Assembly (NCBI RefSeq): GCF_006345805.1
Contig: NW_021834233.1
Span: 15,268-79,267, forward strand
Source of the DNA: Octopus sinensis
Taxonomy: Eukaryota
DNA length: 64,000 nucleotides
Direction: 5' to 3'
The notes below the pieces were generated by a model, which ran no database searches, had not been told where the DNA came from, and worked only from the letters and a program-made list of their open reading frames with translations. Below are positions 16,120-29,300 of this stretch, in pieces; position 1 is the stretch's first letter; each line of letters begins with the position of its first letter. Made by a program: the position numbers and the translations under genes.

Positions 16120-16740
16120 TAATATATATACATACATATGCGATATAATACCTACAAACAAAATACACACTCACATACATAGCTATATCAGTTCACTTTA
16201 TGTTCTTCATATAATTGTGAAGACGGAACAGCTGTGTCAAGCCCCACGCACACACGAACGTACGCACATATGTACGCACGCACCTACGCTCATACCTACG
16301 CACTCACAAAGACATATACGCACATGTACACGCCCCCCTCACGTACGCACATACAAACACACACATGCGCACACGATCACACTTTCGTTTAGAATATATT
16401 AGCATGGAAAACACTAGCAGAAATAACAACAATGACAGCATAAAAACGATGACTACGCCAAAGTAGTGCCTGTCTATGTTGTCCAGAAATGCGAGAAATA
16501 GCAGCCAATGTAAATCATATTCTACTATATTTACCTCTCATGAGATGGAGCATCGGGCTTGCTGATGGAACATTGCGTTTGTATTTTACTATATTATATT
16601 AAATGATAGACATTATTTTTATAATTTATATCTTGTTTGATTCAGGCATTTGACTGCGGTCATGCTGGAGCAGTGCTTTACTCTATCTCTTTACACTGTA
16701 TATATGTATATATACATGCACACACAAACACACATATATA

Positions 16741-16942
16741 GGAGTGGCTGTGTGGTAAGTAGCTTGCTTACCAACCACATGGTTCCGGGTTCAGTCCCAC
16801 TGCGTGGCACTTTGGTCAAGTGTCTTCTACTATAACCTCGGGCCGAACAAAGCCTTGTGAATGGATCTGTTAGAGGGAAACTGAAAGAAGCCCGTCGTAT
16901 ATATGTATATATATATACATATATATGTATGTATGTATGTAT

Positions 16943-16977
<35 letters not shown>

Positions 16978-17190
16978 GCATGTGTGTATATATGTTTGTG
17001 TGCCTGTGTTTGTTTCCCCCCACATCGCTTGATGCTGGTGTGTTTACGTCCCTGTTCGGCAAAATAGACCGATAGAATAAGTACTAGGCTTACAAAGAAT
17101 AAGTCCCAGGGTCGATGTGCTCGACTAAAGGCGGTGCTCCATCATGGCCACAGTCAAATGACAGCAACCAGTAAAAGAGAGAGTAAAAAC
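16741..17190 (+). mobile_element. tRNA-derived SINE with an internal (TA)n/(TG)n tract (family B, CORE-like segment)
   Basis: A-box TGGCTGTGTGGTAAG, B-box-like GGTTCAGTCCC, TTTGGTCAAGTGTCTTC segment, internal microsatellite, 3' GGCGGTGCTCCATCATGGCCACAGTC. Homologous copies at 40693-41026 (-) and 57590-57999 (+). Confidence 0.85.
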
Positions 17191-17369
17191 AGTAACACAC
17201 ACATTTACATACATGCATACATAAATACATACATACATACATACATACATGCATACATGCATACTTACATACATACATACATACATACATGCATATATAC
17301 ATACATACATACAGGTATGTGTGTATGTATAATTAGTCTAATTTTTTAAAAATGCATCCATTTATTTTT

Positions 17370-17870
17370 GTGAAGGAATTGCAATGTCTATAAGAAGACG
17401 TTCTCGTTTACCCTGTCACGTCTAATCATATCTGATCTACGCTTTTCAGTTATTCTGTGTATCTGGTTGTCAAAGTCCTACAGAACTGTTTGCTTAGCAG
17501 ATTCATTTATAGCTTTTTTTCTGGTACATGATTGTATTACTTGTCTGAAGTGTTGTATCCATATTTCTTTTTACAAAATGACCTGTGTAAATTGAGACAA
17601 ACCTTATCAAACGTTGCTTGTCTTCTTTCTGAAGTAACATTATCCAGTCTTCTACATTATGATCAATATTTTCCATTATCTGATTACATATGCTGCACTT
17701 GTTCTTTGATGCGATAGATTAGATATCCTTACTCAGTAAATTATTGCTTAGAATTTGATCTTGTGCTGCCACAAACAGTCTCTCCGTCTCTCACTTGAAT
17801 TCTGCATAGCAGAGAAACTCATAAGTTGAGTCATGGTTGCCATATTTTTTGGGTCTCTGTAGAACTACGC
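17370..17870 (-). mobile_element. Decayed R4/Dong-clade non-LTR retrotransposon (zinc knuckle and RLE region)
   Basis: Minus-strand peptides ETERLFVAAQDQ, KCSICNQIMENIDH and LLIDIAIP, broken by stops and frameshifts. They parallel the better-preserved copy at 27.6-28.9 kb. Confidence 0.75.
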
Positions 17871-17961
17871 ATGTAAATTAATTTTCTCTAACACTACATT
17901 TCTTTCCAAAATTTTGGTATTTCTCTATAATTTCTTCTTTCTGTTATATTGTTATAATGAC

Positions 17962-18300
17962 AGTAAAGGGTAAAGGGTAAAGAACCCTTTCGGTCATGAG
18001 TGACCACAGAATTGCACCGAGAAAGTTTCCCTTAGAGCCACAAGCCTTTGCAAAGTTGTCGTATGGTATGCATAAGGCATACCAGCCTCCTCTCTCTACG
18101 CCACCGATGTTGTCCAAGGGAAAAGAAAAATGCCGATACAGCTTGGCATCAGAGACGTCGCAACTCATTTCTACAGTTGAGAGAACTGGAGCAACATGAA
18201 ATAAAGTGCCTAGTTCAAAAACACAACACACAGCCCGTTACAAGATTCGAACTCACTTCTTCATGAATGTGGCTGCGACTCTCTAACCGGTGAGCCATGC
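17962..18300 (-). mobile_element. tRNA-derived SINE with a (TTTACCC)n tail
   Basis: The reverse strand gives a TGGCTCACCGGTTAG A-box, a GAGTTCGAATC B-box and a TGTGTTGTG..GCACTTTATTTCA..TTGCTCCAGT body. The tail GTAAAGG is repeated three times on the plus strand. Confidence 0.75.
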
Positions 18301-20399
18301 GACACTAGATTTCTCGAATCCTTAAAAGAGAAAGAATTTGTGAAATTTCTTCCACGTTTTACATTCCGTGTACAATCCCATCGCAATTAACTTTGCCTAC
18401 CACTCTTTCGGACTTGATAAAACAAAGTACTGATTAGAGTACACACTGGAAAATAGTACCACAACCATTCTGCTATGTCTTTCGATTTGTTAATTTGAAA
18501 AGTGTCTGGTTCCGCAACATCATCATCGACATCGCCGCCGCCACCACCACCACCACCTACTACTACTACTACTACTACTAGTAATTTTAAGGGAATGGGT
18601 TCATTAATTAATCGATACACGTATTTGATTTTTTATAAACCATGAAAGGTGGAAAGGAAAATTTGATCTTGGCAGAATTTGAAACCTCAATGCATAAAAC
18701 GTAAGGCAATTTATTTTCGTACACTCCACCTATTTTGCCAATCCAATTATTTCTTTTCGAAAGCAGAAGTCAATTCAATCTCATATGGACTTCAGTCGAT
18801 CACAGTGATTCCAGTTCAAAACTTGTATTTACTTTATAGATCACAGAATGAATATCGACTTAGTATAGTATAACGAAATCTCGCAGAACCTCCATTATCA
18901 ATGGTTATTGCTTGTCCTCCACGTCCTCAGTAAAATTTGAACACAGTGTGTTAAGAAGTGCAACTTTATATCCAAAGAAGCCATTCAATTTGATTTTCTT
19001 ATGCTATTTGATATCATGCCAACGCCCTAGTTAGAAGAATAATGAAATTATACAGAACCTTGTAAAGTGCATTTTCGCTCATTTTCTTTCGCTTTCATTC
19101 CTCTTTATCTTCACCACTGTCGTGTTGAAGCTTATTTTAAAATTGGTGATGTACAAAAATGTCTTTTTGCGAACTCTAGCTTCAGGGCATTGTGTATACT
19201 ACAGGGGAGTGCGATAGCACGATGGGAAAGCTTCTGCAATAGAAGTTACTTTGAATAGTTTTCCTTATATTTACACTTCAGGCAAAAGTGTTTGCGCGTG
19301 TATAAACTGCCGAAGGATAGTAACGAAAATCTAAGTCACAAGTGCCAGTTCAATGTTATTGACGTTACATTTCGGGAGAGATGTAGCTGGTGCTGGCAGC
19401 GGTAGTTGTTATGGTGGTGAAGGCGGTTTTTATAACGATGGTAGTACTTTTAATAGCGTGGTGATTTTGAGGAATCTGGTGATATTTGAGTAGTCGACAG
19501 CGCCTTTGTAATATTACCAGTGAAAGGAATAAACTATCAGTGAAATCTAAAGGTATTAGTTGAATAAAAACGAAGAAGCAAACGGACGGAATGGCTTCCA
19601 ATCAAGAAATGCGTTCATTCAACGAAATAAAAAGCAAAGAAACACAAAAGATCAATCTACATCTCAATAGACATCACCAAATGGATATCGATAATGTGTG
19701 TCTAGTTATTCATTCTCACAAAGTTCGCCCAACTGTGCATTAGATATAACACACAGAATTGCAGATCAACGATACAGTCATATGAATTAACAAATTGTAT
19801 TTATTTCTTTTTTTCATTTCGAGGTTTACAAACTATTTCTCACTGGTGACACACTTTTTGAAATGTATGTTTGCGTCACACATTAATTAAGACTTGTTAG
19901 CAATTACATTTCTCATCACTTGTTACCAGTCATGCGTTTCACAGTACGCCAAAAAAATTATCAATTCTGAAACCTGCTTCACAGCCAATATTCCTAAATA
20001 AATTATCAATCTTTACACTTAATTTTGTAAAATATCTCACTGATTATCGGGGACACAGTAGAATTTTGCGATTCGTATTTTGGTAAACATTTGACATTTA
20101 ATCATTATGCATGTTATTAAGAATAACGACTCAATAACGAATATGTCTGATTTGTAAACTTCAAACAACTACCTCTGTTTCGTTCCTGAACGCTTACAGA
20201 AAAAAACAACAACAACAACTCAAAACAAACGCATTAATGTTAGATTAACTAAGCACAAAATCTCTGCAACTTATAAAGAGAGTGGGTGTGCTAACATCCA
20301 TTTGTTTTCATTAAAATAAATGAGGAATAAATTAAATCTGCATAGTTTGAATTGTTAGTGAGAAACATTTATAAGAATACTGAGGAAAATGTAAATGAG

Positions 20400-20999
20400 G
20401 CGGCGAGCTGGCAGAAACGTTAGCACGCCGGGCGAAATGCGTTGCCGTATTTTGTCTGTCGTTACGTTCCGAGTTCAAATTCCGCCGAGGTCGACTTTGC
20501 CTTTCATCCTTTCGAGGTCGATAAATTAAGTACCAGTTACGCACTGGGGTCAATGTAATCGACTTAATCACTTTGTCTGTCCTTGTTTGTCCCCTCTGTG
20601 TTTAGCCCCTTGTGGGTAGTAAAGAAATAGGTATTTCGTCTGTCGTTACGTTACGAGTTCAAATTCCGCCGAGGTCGTATTTTGCCTTTCATCCTTCCGG
20701 GGTCGATAAATTAAGTACCAGTTACGCACTGGCGGCGATGTAATCGACTTAATCCCTTTGTCTGTCCTTGTTTGTCCCCTCTGTGTTTAGCCCCTTGTGG
20801 GTAGTAAATAAATATGTATTTCGTCTGTCGTTACGTTACGAGTTCAAATTCCGCCGAGGTCGGCTTTGCCTTTCATCCTTTCGGGGTCGATAAATTAAGT
20901 ACCAGTTACGCACTGGCGGCGATGTAATCGACTTAATCCGTTTGTCTGTCCTTGCGTGTCCCCTCTGTGTTTAGCCCCTTGTGGGTAGTAAAGAAATAT
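20400..20999 (+). mobile_element. Family A SINE array, 3 units
   Basis: Head GGCGGCGAGCTGGCAGAAACG at 20400; junctions at AAATAGGTATTTCG and AAATATGTATTTCG. Confidence 0.9.
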
Positions 21000-21202
21000 A
21001 TATGTACGTAAAAAATTGGCTTAAACTTGATATGCGTAACACAATAGGATAGCGAGATATTTATGCCTTCATAAAAGCATAAACGTAATATGGGAAAACG
21101 AAATTGCTCTGTATGTGAATCGAAACCAATCACGGATTTTCTAGGTTGTACTACACCAGCAGCATCACAACGTTTGTCTAAAAACTACGACACATTAATG
21201 GG

Positions 21203-21660
21203 GCTGCGAGCTGGCAGAATTGTTACTGTACCGGACAAATGCTTAACAGCATTTCCTCCGACATAACGTTCTGATATCTAATGCCGCCCGGTTCGACTTC
21301 GCCTTTTGAGGCGATAAAATAAATACCTATTTCTTTACTACCCACAAGGGGCCAAACACAGAGAGGACAAACAAGGACAGACAAACGGATCGAGTCGATT
21401 ACATCGACCCCTGTGCGCAACTGGTACTTAATCAATCGACCCCGAAAGGATGAAAGGCAAAGTCGACCTCGGCAGAATTTGAACTCAGAACGTAACGGCA
21501 GACGAAATACGGCTACGCATTTTGCCCGGCGTGCTAACGATTCTGCCAGCTCACCGTGATAAAATAAATACCATTTGAAGCTTGGGGGTCGATGCAATCA
21601 ATCTAATCCACCCCACGCCCCGAAATCGGTGACCTTGTGCCAAACTTTGATATCAATAAA
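21203..21660. mobile_element. Nested family A SINE pieces (plus-strand head, minus-strand monomer ~21330-21556, tail B remnant)
   Basis: Same head, core and tail motifs in both orientations. Confidence 0.75.
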
Positions 21661-21664
21661 TTTG

Positions 21665-21994
21665 TGGCACTCCGTCGGTTACGACGAAGAGGGTTCCAGT
21701 TGATCCGTTGAACGGAACAGCCTGCTCGTGAAATTAACGTCTAAGTTCTCGGGAAGATGCAGCGTGACATAGAGTGTGACAAGGCTGGCCCTTTGATATA
21801 CAGGTACATCAGAAACGATGAGAGAAAGATGCAGTGAAAGAATATAGCATGGTTCACCAGCACCTCCTGCCGGAGCCTCGTTAAACTAGGTATTTTCGCT
21901 CAATAATCACTCACAACGCCCGGTCTGTGAATCGAAACCGCGATCCTACAACCACCATTCTGCTGCCATAACCACTGGGCCATTTCACCTCCAC
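21665..21994 (-). mobile_element. tRNA-derived SINE with a Ceph-like body and CCGACGGAGTGCCA 3' end
   Basis: Head GTGGAGG..TGGCCCAGTGGTTA on the minus strand; body shared with 39690-39924. The Ceph-domain name is from recollection. Confidence 0.75.
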
Positions 21995-22800
21995 ACCACT
22001 AAATTATGATATAAAAAGAAATATTTGTATCTCATAAACACAAAAAGTAAAAAAATGAATTGTTTTTGAAGAGATCTCAAATAAACTAAGCAACAGTAAT
22101 TAAACTAAAGTCGGCGAAATGGCAGAAGTGTTAGGACGTCGGCGAAAATCCTTAGCAGAATCCCTCACTTCCCATGTATTTACGATTTTAGTTCAAATCC
22201 AACCGCCAAATTTGCCTTTCATCACTTCGAGTTCGATAAAATAGAATACCACTCAAATACTGAGGCGTTTGAAAACAATTTGTTTCCCCTCGGAAATTGC
22301 CTCCCTTGTTATCTGCAATGGACTGGCGTCCGTTCACGGGTGACCTTATGAGCCCCAGGGCTCAAGGCAGAAAAAGTAAAGAAAAACTGCAGTGAAATAT
22401 CTGACACTATGAGTCGAAATCATATTGCCAATTATATTCAGATCAACTAAAGTATTTGGACGCAGATCGATAAATAAATAAATAAATGGAATAACAATAG
22501 GAATTACAAAAAAAATACGTACAAAGGTTTTAAGTCATGACACTGTAGGAATGAATATGTTATGACGTTTACACTCCTCATAAAAGAAAACAAATCCTTA
22601 TCGTTTTAAGTCACATCTAAAGTTTAAGAACAAACAGCATCTTAGAAATAACAGTCAGTCGTTCTACTTGAAATTATTGATTGCAGTAGTGTTTCATCAC
22701 GGCTGTTTTATACTTGAAAGATGATGGCGGTTGTGAGGATGCCGACGATGGTGACGATAAGGATAGTGTTGGGCGGGTGTTGGTGTTGGCGTTGGTGGTG

Positions 22801-22906
<106 letters not shown>

Positions 22907-24775
22907 TAGTGTGAAGTATATTTGCCACATAATTGTTGCTAACCACTAAATGCGGATGCTACTTTAGCTTGTAGCCCCAGGAGAACATCTTCTCCAGCTG
23001 GCTATTGACACACTTTCTGTGCCCTGTCATTATTTGCAAAGCTAAACCATCCTTCCCATTGTCGACCTGATGTGATACGCACGGACCCGGGCTTCTGGAT
23101 ATTTATCCGTCGACAGAGCCCGACAATCACCGGTCTTCGATGCGAAGGGGTCCCAATGCAAATACATATATCCTTTTTCCAGTGACGAAAAGCCACTCGT
23201 TCAGAGATTTATTATTGCTTATAGATATGTTGTTTCAGCTTAAACGTACTTGAAAGAGTACGAGTAGACTTATGACCAAAGCTGTTAAGGTTTTGATGGT
23301 CTCCATCCCCACATATTTTTAAGCACTGCGCATTCAGCATCACAATTTTCTAACCTATCCTTCTAAGGTTTGTAGAGAAAGTATAGGTTGATTACAGGGT
23401 CATTTAACTACTATTTCTTGCAGGTTTTAAACATCTTGCAGAGACCTTTTAGTTGGTGTCTTACATCAATGATTTAATCCATTGTAAGACATGACGCAGA
23501 GTTGGAATATTAAATGATTATTGGTCTTGTTTATTAATATGTCTCTTAATTAACTGTTAAGTTAAGCAAGTTTAAACACTCGAGTAGACCGACACATATT
23601 CGATATTGGCTGTAGGCAGGTGCAGCGAAAGCAAGGTAGATTCTAGTAATATATGAATACAGAGATTAATTTCTATTAATAACTATACCGTAACATAGAC
23701 AAATACAACTGTGCTTAGTAACATAGAACATAAATTCTTGATTTATTGAAGTAATCTCTGACTTCAAAGGATTCATCATAATCATGAGAAGGGGAAAATA
23801 AACTCAAAAGCCAAGGATTTTCCATAAATGACATATCATTAACGATAAAGACAAGCTGAGTGTCTGGCGATAAGAAGGCAGTTGCGGAGACGTGTTTCTG
23901 GCGCAATAACCGTCGTCAGAACGACAACTGCTTGGTCTTAACTCCGGTGGCCAAAGAACTTAGAATTATATAATAAATATTGAAAAACAATTATGGTAAT
24001 AAGCATACTTGAAACAAAAATAAGCAAAGAGACAGTTCTTTTATTTCGACGTAGAGCGTATCATAAATTATATCGACACAAATTTTTGACTGGTTAATAT
24101 GTTATAGATATAGAAGGAAAGAGAGAATAATGATAGACGCTTACGACACTGAGTATTTGAGCTTAGAACTTTACGTAAGGAAACACACTGAAACATTTTG
24201 CCAGGCGCTCTAACAAATGCGCCATCTTCCGCCGTTAAGTTTCATAATTCACTTCTTATACAGGTCACAGAAGCCACGAATTTTGAGAAAACCGCTTAAT
24301 CGATTAAGCTGACATCAGTAATTGAATAATAGTTATTCCAACGAAGCCTGAAGAAAGAAAGTCAAAGGCAATCTCGGCGTTATTTAAACATATAGCGTAA
24401 ATTGATTTAACTAAGTACGACAATGCACTCTGCTACTCAGTATTCTCAAAGTAAGTTTCATATTCATTAGGTTACCTCGTCCGCTAATGAAGGACCTTGT
24501 CTCAAGAGGTACATCCATCTAAAAACAGTATTTCTTAATTTATAGTGGCGGTTTGGAACAAACGGTTTTTCTTTGGTAGTCCATTTACTTTCGCCAATAT
24601 CAAACGTAAGTGAATTTTCTACGATAAAAATAATTGACTTACATTTCGAACCGATGTTCACCAGTAAACCTTTCAATTTCCAAACCATACAACATCGTTG
24701 TATAAGAATGATATATATATATATATATGTACATGTGTATGCATATTTGAGTGTGTATGTGTGTGGGTACACACA

Positions 24776-24819
<44 letters not shown>

Positions 24820-24948
24820 TTTTGTCATATAGATACAATGAAAATTATATACACATATGCATCATTTTATATAAATAAGGATAAGGTCGTTATTTAAATA
24901 TCGAACTTATCAAGTGGCCTGCCAGGGAATAAAAACCTTCATAGGTAA

Positions 24949-25135
24949 TAATTATTGAAATTATAATTTAAGGTTTCTAAGTGATACCACCACGCTTGAA
25001 ATAGCAGCCAAAACTTGACTCTAAAACCACATTAAAAAATTAAAACTTTTAATGTGGTTTTAGAATCAAGTTTTGGCTGCTATTTCAAGCGTGGTGGTAT
25101 CTCTTAGATACCCTAAATTATAATTTTAATAATTA
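24949..25135. mobile_element. Palindromic MITE-like element (~89-bp arms, ~9-nt loop)
   Basis: GATACCACCACGCTTGAAATAGCAGCCAAAACTTGA is perfectly complementary to the right arm; the outer parts are near-perfect. Confidence 0.85.
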
Positions 25136-25419
25136 TGCATAATTGTATATATATATAAGTTTGTGCAAACAATGGCATAAACTCTTGTCAATTCTAAATC
25201 AAAGTAAAAAAATGAATTTAATGGACGGAATTCGGCATAAATTATTACGAAACAGATATCGCTGTAAATAATTCAGTATTTTGTTCGTTAATGAAGCACA
25301 AATTTCGGAAGTGAAATAGAGAAAACAAAAAGACAATCATAACAACATTATCAACATCATCATCACCATCGTATTTACTAATTATGATCATGACAAAATT
25401 AGTATCATGGTCATTTCTC

Positions 25420-25803
25420 TTATTTTTTTTATTTTTCAAACATTTAACAAATCATTATCATTATCATTTTGGTCGTCGTCGTCGTCGTCATCATCATCGT
25501 CGTCATCATCCTCATCAACTTCATCCTCCTCCTCCTCATCATCATCATAATCATCAACATCCTCCTTCTCCTCCTCCTCCTCCTCCTCCTCCTCATCATC
25601 ATCATCATCATCTTCGTTGTCGTCATCGTTGCCATCATCATAACCGTCGTCCTTATTATCGTCTTGATTGTCATCGTATATATCGTCAACCTCGTCGTCA
25701 CCATCATCATCATCATCGTTTCGTCATCAGTATCAACGGCCTCGTAATCATTATCATCAGCATCATCGTCATCATCGTCATCATCACCATCATCATCATC
25801 ATA

Positions 25804-25837
<34 letters not shown>

Positions 25838-26066
25838 ATCATCATCATCATCATCATCATATTATTATCATCATCATCATCATCATCATCATCAATCATA
25901 TTATTATATTATTATTATTATTATTATTATTATTATCATCATCATCATCATCATATTATTATTATTATTATCATCATCATCATTATTATATTATTATTAT
26001 TATTATATTATTATTATTCATTATCATCATCATCATATTATTATTATTATCATCATCATCATCATA

Positions 26067-26105
<39 letters not shown>

Positions 26106-26150
26106 CATTATCAACATCATCATATTATTATTATTATTATATCATCATCA

Positions 26151-26205
<55 letters not shown>

Positions 26206-26254
26206 CATTATCACATCATCATATTATTATTATTATTATCATCATCATCATATA

Positions 26255-26288
<34 letters not shown>

Positions 26289-26398
26289 TATTATCATCAT
26301 CATCATATTATTATTATTATTATTATTATATTATTATTATTATTATTATCATTATCATCATCATCATCATATTATTATTATTATTATCATCATCATCA

Positions 26399-26437
<39 letters not shown>

Positions 26438-26576
26438 CATTATCATCATCATCATATTATTATTATTATTATCATCATCATCATATTATTATTATTATTA
26501 TTATTATTATATTATTATTATTATTATTATCATTATCAACATCATCATATTATTATTATTATTATCATCATCATCA

Positions 26577-26612
<36 letters not shown>

Positions 26613-26632
26613 CATTATCAACATCATCATCA

Positions 26633-26675
<43 letters not shown>

Positions 26676-26705
26676 ATCATCATCATCATCATCATCATCA
26701 TAATT
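25420..26705. repeat. 1.3-kb (TAT)n/(CAT)n compound array with higher-order repetition
   Basis: Alternating TAT and CAT blocks; the TTATCATTATCAACATCATCAT signature recurs several times. Confidence 0.9.
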
Positions 26706-27289
26706 ATCTTGGTGCAATCAGACTCATCATCATTAGTGGACGTTATAAGATATGAACCATAAACAACCGCAATGACAGCAACAACAACGACATCAGCAAG
26801 AGGATCGACAACGATAACATTGACTACAATGGTTATTACTAATAACAAAGCAGAGATTAGTAGACACTAAAAGAGAATAAAAATCTCTATTTCTTGAGTT
26901 TTAATGAAAAGAAATATGAAATTATACCAAAACACTTGCTACTAAATAAAATAAAAATACTTCAAAAGAAAACTATTCCTCCTCCTGCCTCTCCTCTCTC
27001 TCCCCCGCCTCCGCCTCCTATCCCTTCCATTCTCACCATTGCTTTTTTCCTTCCTTCTCTTTTGTATTGGATTTCTATTACAACTGAAGATTGTTGGAAC
27101 ATACACACGAAATCTAACAATAGCTGAAAAGATGAAAGCTGTTAGAAAAGTAAAAAAACAAACAAACAAACTAACAAAAAACCCAGAGAAAAGAAGAAAT
27201 AAAGAAACAATACAAAAATAGCAAAACCAAGTATAACGCCTTCTTACTATAGTTACAACGCCACTAATAATATTCAACTGGTACTTACT

Positions 27290-27552
27290 TAATTGACCCC
27301 GAAATGATGATAGCAAAGTCGAACAAAGCCGAACGTAATATTTTCTACCGCTAGTCACAAGACCCGAAAATATTGTGGAGAGGACCAGTCGATAAGATCA
27401 ACCTCAGTACGCAGCAGATACTTAAATTTATCGAGCCCGAAAGGACGAAAAGTAAAGTCGATCTCGGCGGAATTTGAACTCAGAACGTAACAGCAGACGA
27501 AATACCGCTAAGCATTCAGCCCGGCATGCTAACATTTCTGCCAGCTCGACGC
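27290..27552 (-). mobile_element. Decayed family A/B SINE copies
   Basis: Reverse complement of head and core (CCCGAAAGGACGAAAAGTAAAGTCGATCTCGGCGGAATTTGAACTCAGAACG...CCAGCTCG). Confidence 0.75.
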
Positions 27553-27594
27553 TTTAACAACACCAAAATGTTGAAAACAAACTAGATTTCGAAT

Positions 27595-28880
27595 AGACTT
27601 TTGCTTTACATTTGCATAAGTTGGCTCCAAGTCTCACCCAGATACCTCAAGAGACAACAGGTTGGAAGTTCATGTTGTTGTTATGCCTAGTGTGCCATAT
27701 ATTTGGTTTTGTATTTAGTGTTGTACTAGAGAATGCCTAAAAATCCATACGAAAACGATGTCTTTTAAACCTTGAGATTACACAGAAAGTATTTTGCGTA
27801 GGATATGAGCAGTTCCCATGAGCACTATCTTTTGAATTTCTGTCATTTTGGGGTTTCCTGGTATCTGAGCTAGGTAGCAGTCAGCTCCTTTTGCTATCAT
27901 TCTCAGGGAACCTATAATAACATGTATTGTTTTAGTCTTCAGGTTCCACATTTTGCTAATTTCTATTTCAAAATCTTTAAATTTCCCCAGGTTATGGTAG
28001 GGCTTGACAGATAGGTTTATATCGTTTGGGACAGTCATATCAATGAGGAGGCATGGTATTTGTCTGAAGTCTTTCAATATGATTTGGGGTTTCCTGATGA
28101 TAGCAAATACCATGCCTCCTCATTGATATGACTGTCCCAAACGATATAAACCTATCTGTCAAGCCCTACCAAAACCTGGGGAAATTTAAAGATTTTGAAA
28201 TAGAAATTAGCAAAATGTGGAACCTGAAGACTAAAACAATACCTGTTATTATAGGTTCCCTGAGAATGATAGCAAAAGGAGCTGACTGCTACCTAGCAAT
28301 ACCAAGGCATTCTCTAGTACAACACTAAATACAAAACCAAATCTGGCCTATTTGCATCTATCTTTCTGTCTGTTTGAATGGTGAAGTTCCAGAAGAGTGA
28401 GAGAGGATCATTTTCAAGCACTGCAGGTGGTTTGTGTTCCCATCAGTTTTTATCATGTGGCAAGTCCAGGCTTTTGCAAATTACCCAGTGATTATATTGT
28501 GCAGCTCTATCATGCCTATTGAGATACTCTGTAGGCGCAAGAAGACTGCACTTGGAGACAGCATGATCAATGGTTTCATTTTGTATTTGACATACACGAC
28601 ATGTTGGGCTACTGACGTTCTTTAATATGTTGATCTGGTAGTTTCTTGTATGTAGGCATTGATCTTGAGCTGCTATGATAAAGCCTTCTATTTCAGATTT
28701 TAAGCCAGAGGCCATTAGCCATTGATGGATCAGGGCTTTGTCAGCATCGGCATTATTCGGTCTCTTTTGGTATTTGCCATTGAGAGGTTTTTCTTGCCAT
28801 TCATCAGTCAGAATATCTAAGGCAGCAGTTTAGCACGGATTTTCATGCGCTTAGCTTTTTCTGCGCTTATTTCTCGTATG
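27595..28880 (-). mobile_element. R4/Dong-clade non-LTR retrotransposon 3' part (CCHC knuckle, restriction-like endonuclease, 3' UTR), pseudogenised, with an internal 257-bp insertion
   Basis: WQEKPLNGKY...WLMASGLKSEIEGFIIAAQDQ; CRVCQIQNETIDHAVSKC...RHD; NRPD/IILKDF..CLLIDMTVP; KMWNLKTKTIHVIIGSL...GTAHILRKILSV*. Confidence 0.9.
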
Positions 28881-29300
28881 CATATCATTAGTTTTGGTAT
28901 GCTCAGCCCTCCGTGTAGAGGGTGCTGGCAGTAGATGGACCTGTTTCTTTACTACCCACAAGGCGCTAAACACAGATATGACAAACAAGGACAGACAAAC
29001 GGATTAAGTCGATTATATCGACCCCAGTGCGTAACTGGTATTTAATTTATCGACCCCGAAAGGATGAAAGGCAAAGTCGACCTAGGCGGAATTTGAACTC
29101 AGAACGTAACGGCAGACGAAATATCGCTAAGCATTTCACCCAGCGTGCTAACGTTTCTGCCAGCTCGCCGCCTGGCAGTAGATGGACCGTCTCACCAATG
29201 GAAACTGTCCCCTCCACAGGTATTTGAAGAGGTGGTGTTCTACATTGGCGAGGCGTGATCGGGGTGCATGGCACGATCGTCAAATGGTAGTAAATGACGG
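28880..29300 (-). mobile_element. Tx1/L1-like reverse transcriptase C-terminal fragment, split by a SINE
   Basis: Removing the SINE and one TSD restores LANVEHHLFKYLWRGQFPLVRRSIYCQHPLHGGLSIP. An upstream frame reads SVIYYHLTIVPC. LW.G...GGL is typical of the L1/Tx1 post-RT region. Confidence 0.7.
28942..29172 (-). mobile_element. Full-length family A SINE monomer with 16-bp TSD
   Basis: TGGCAGTAGATGGACC occurs at 28926-28941 and 29173-29188. This defines the 231-bp monomer, which interrupts a LINE fragment. Confidence 0.95.

Noticed and set aside
25384-26676. 430-aa ORF (poly-H/I/Y/L/S)
   Set aside because: The TAT/CAT strand is nearly unable to form stop codons in any frame, so the open frame is a trivial result of the microsatellite.
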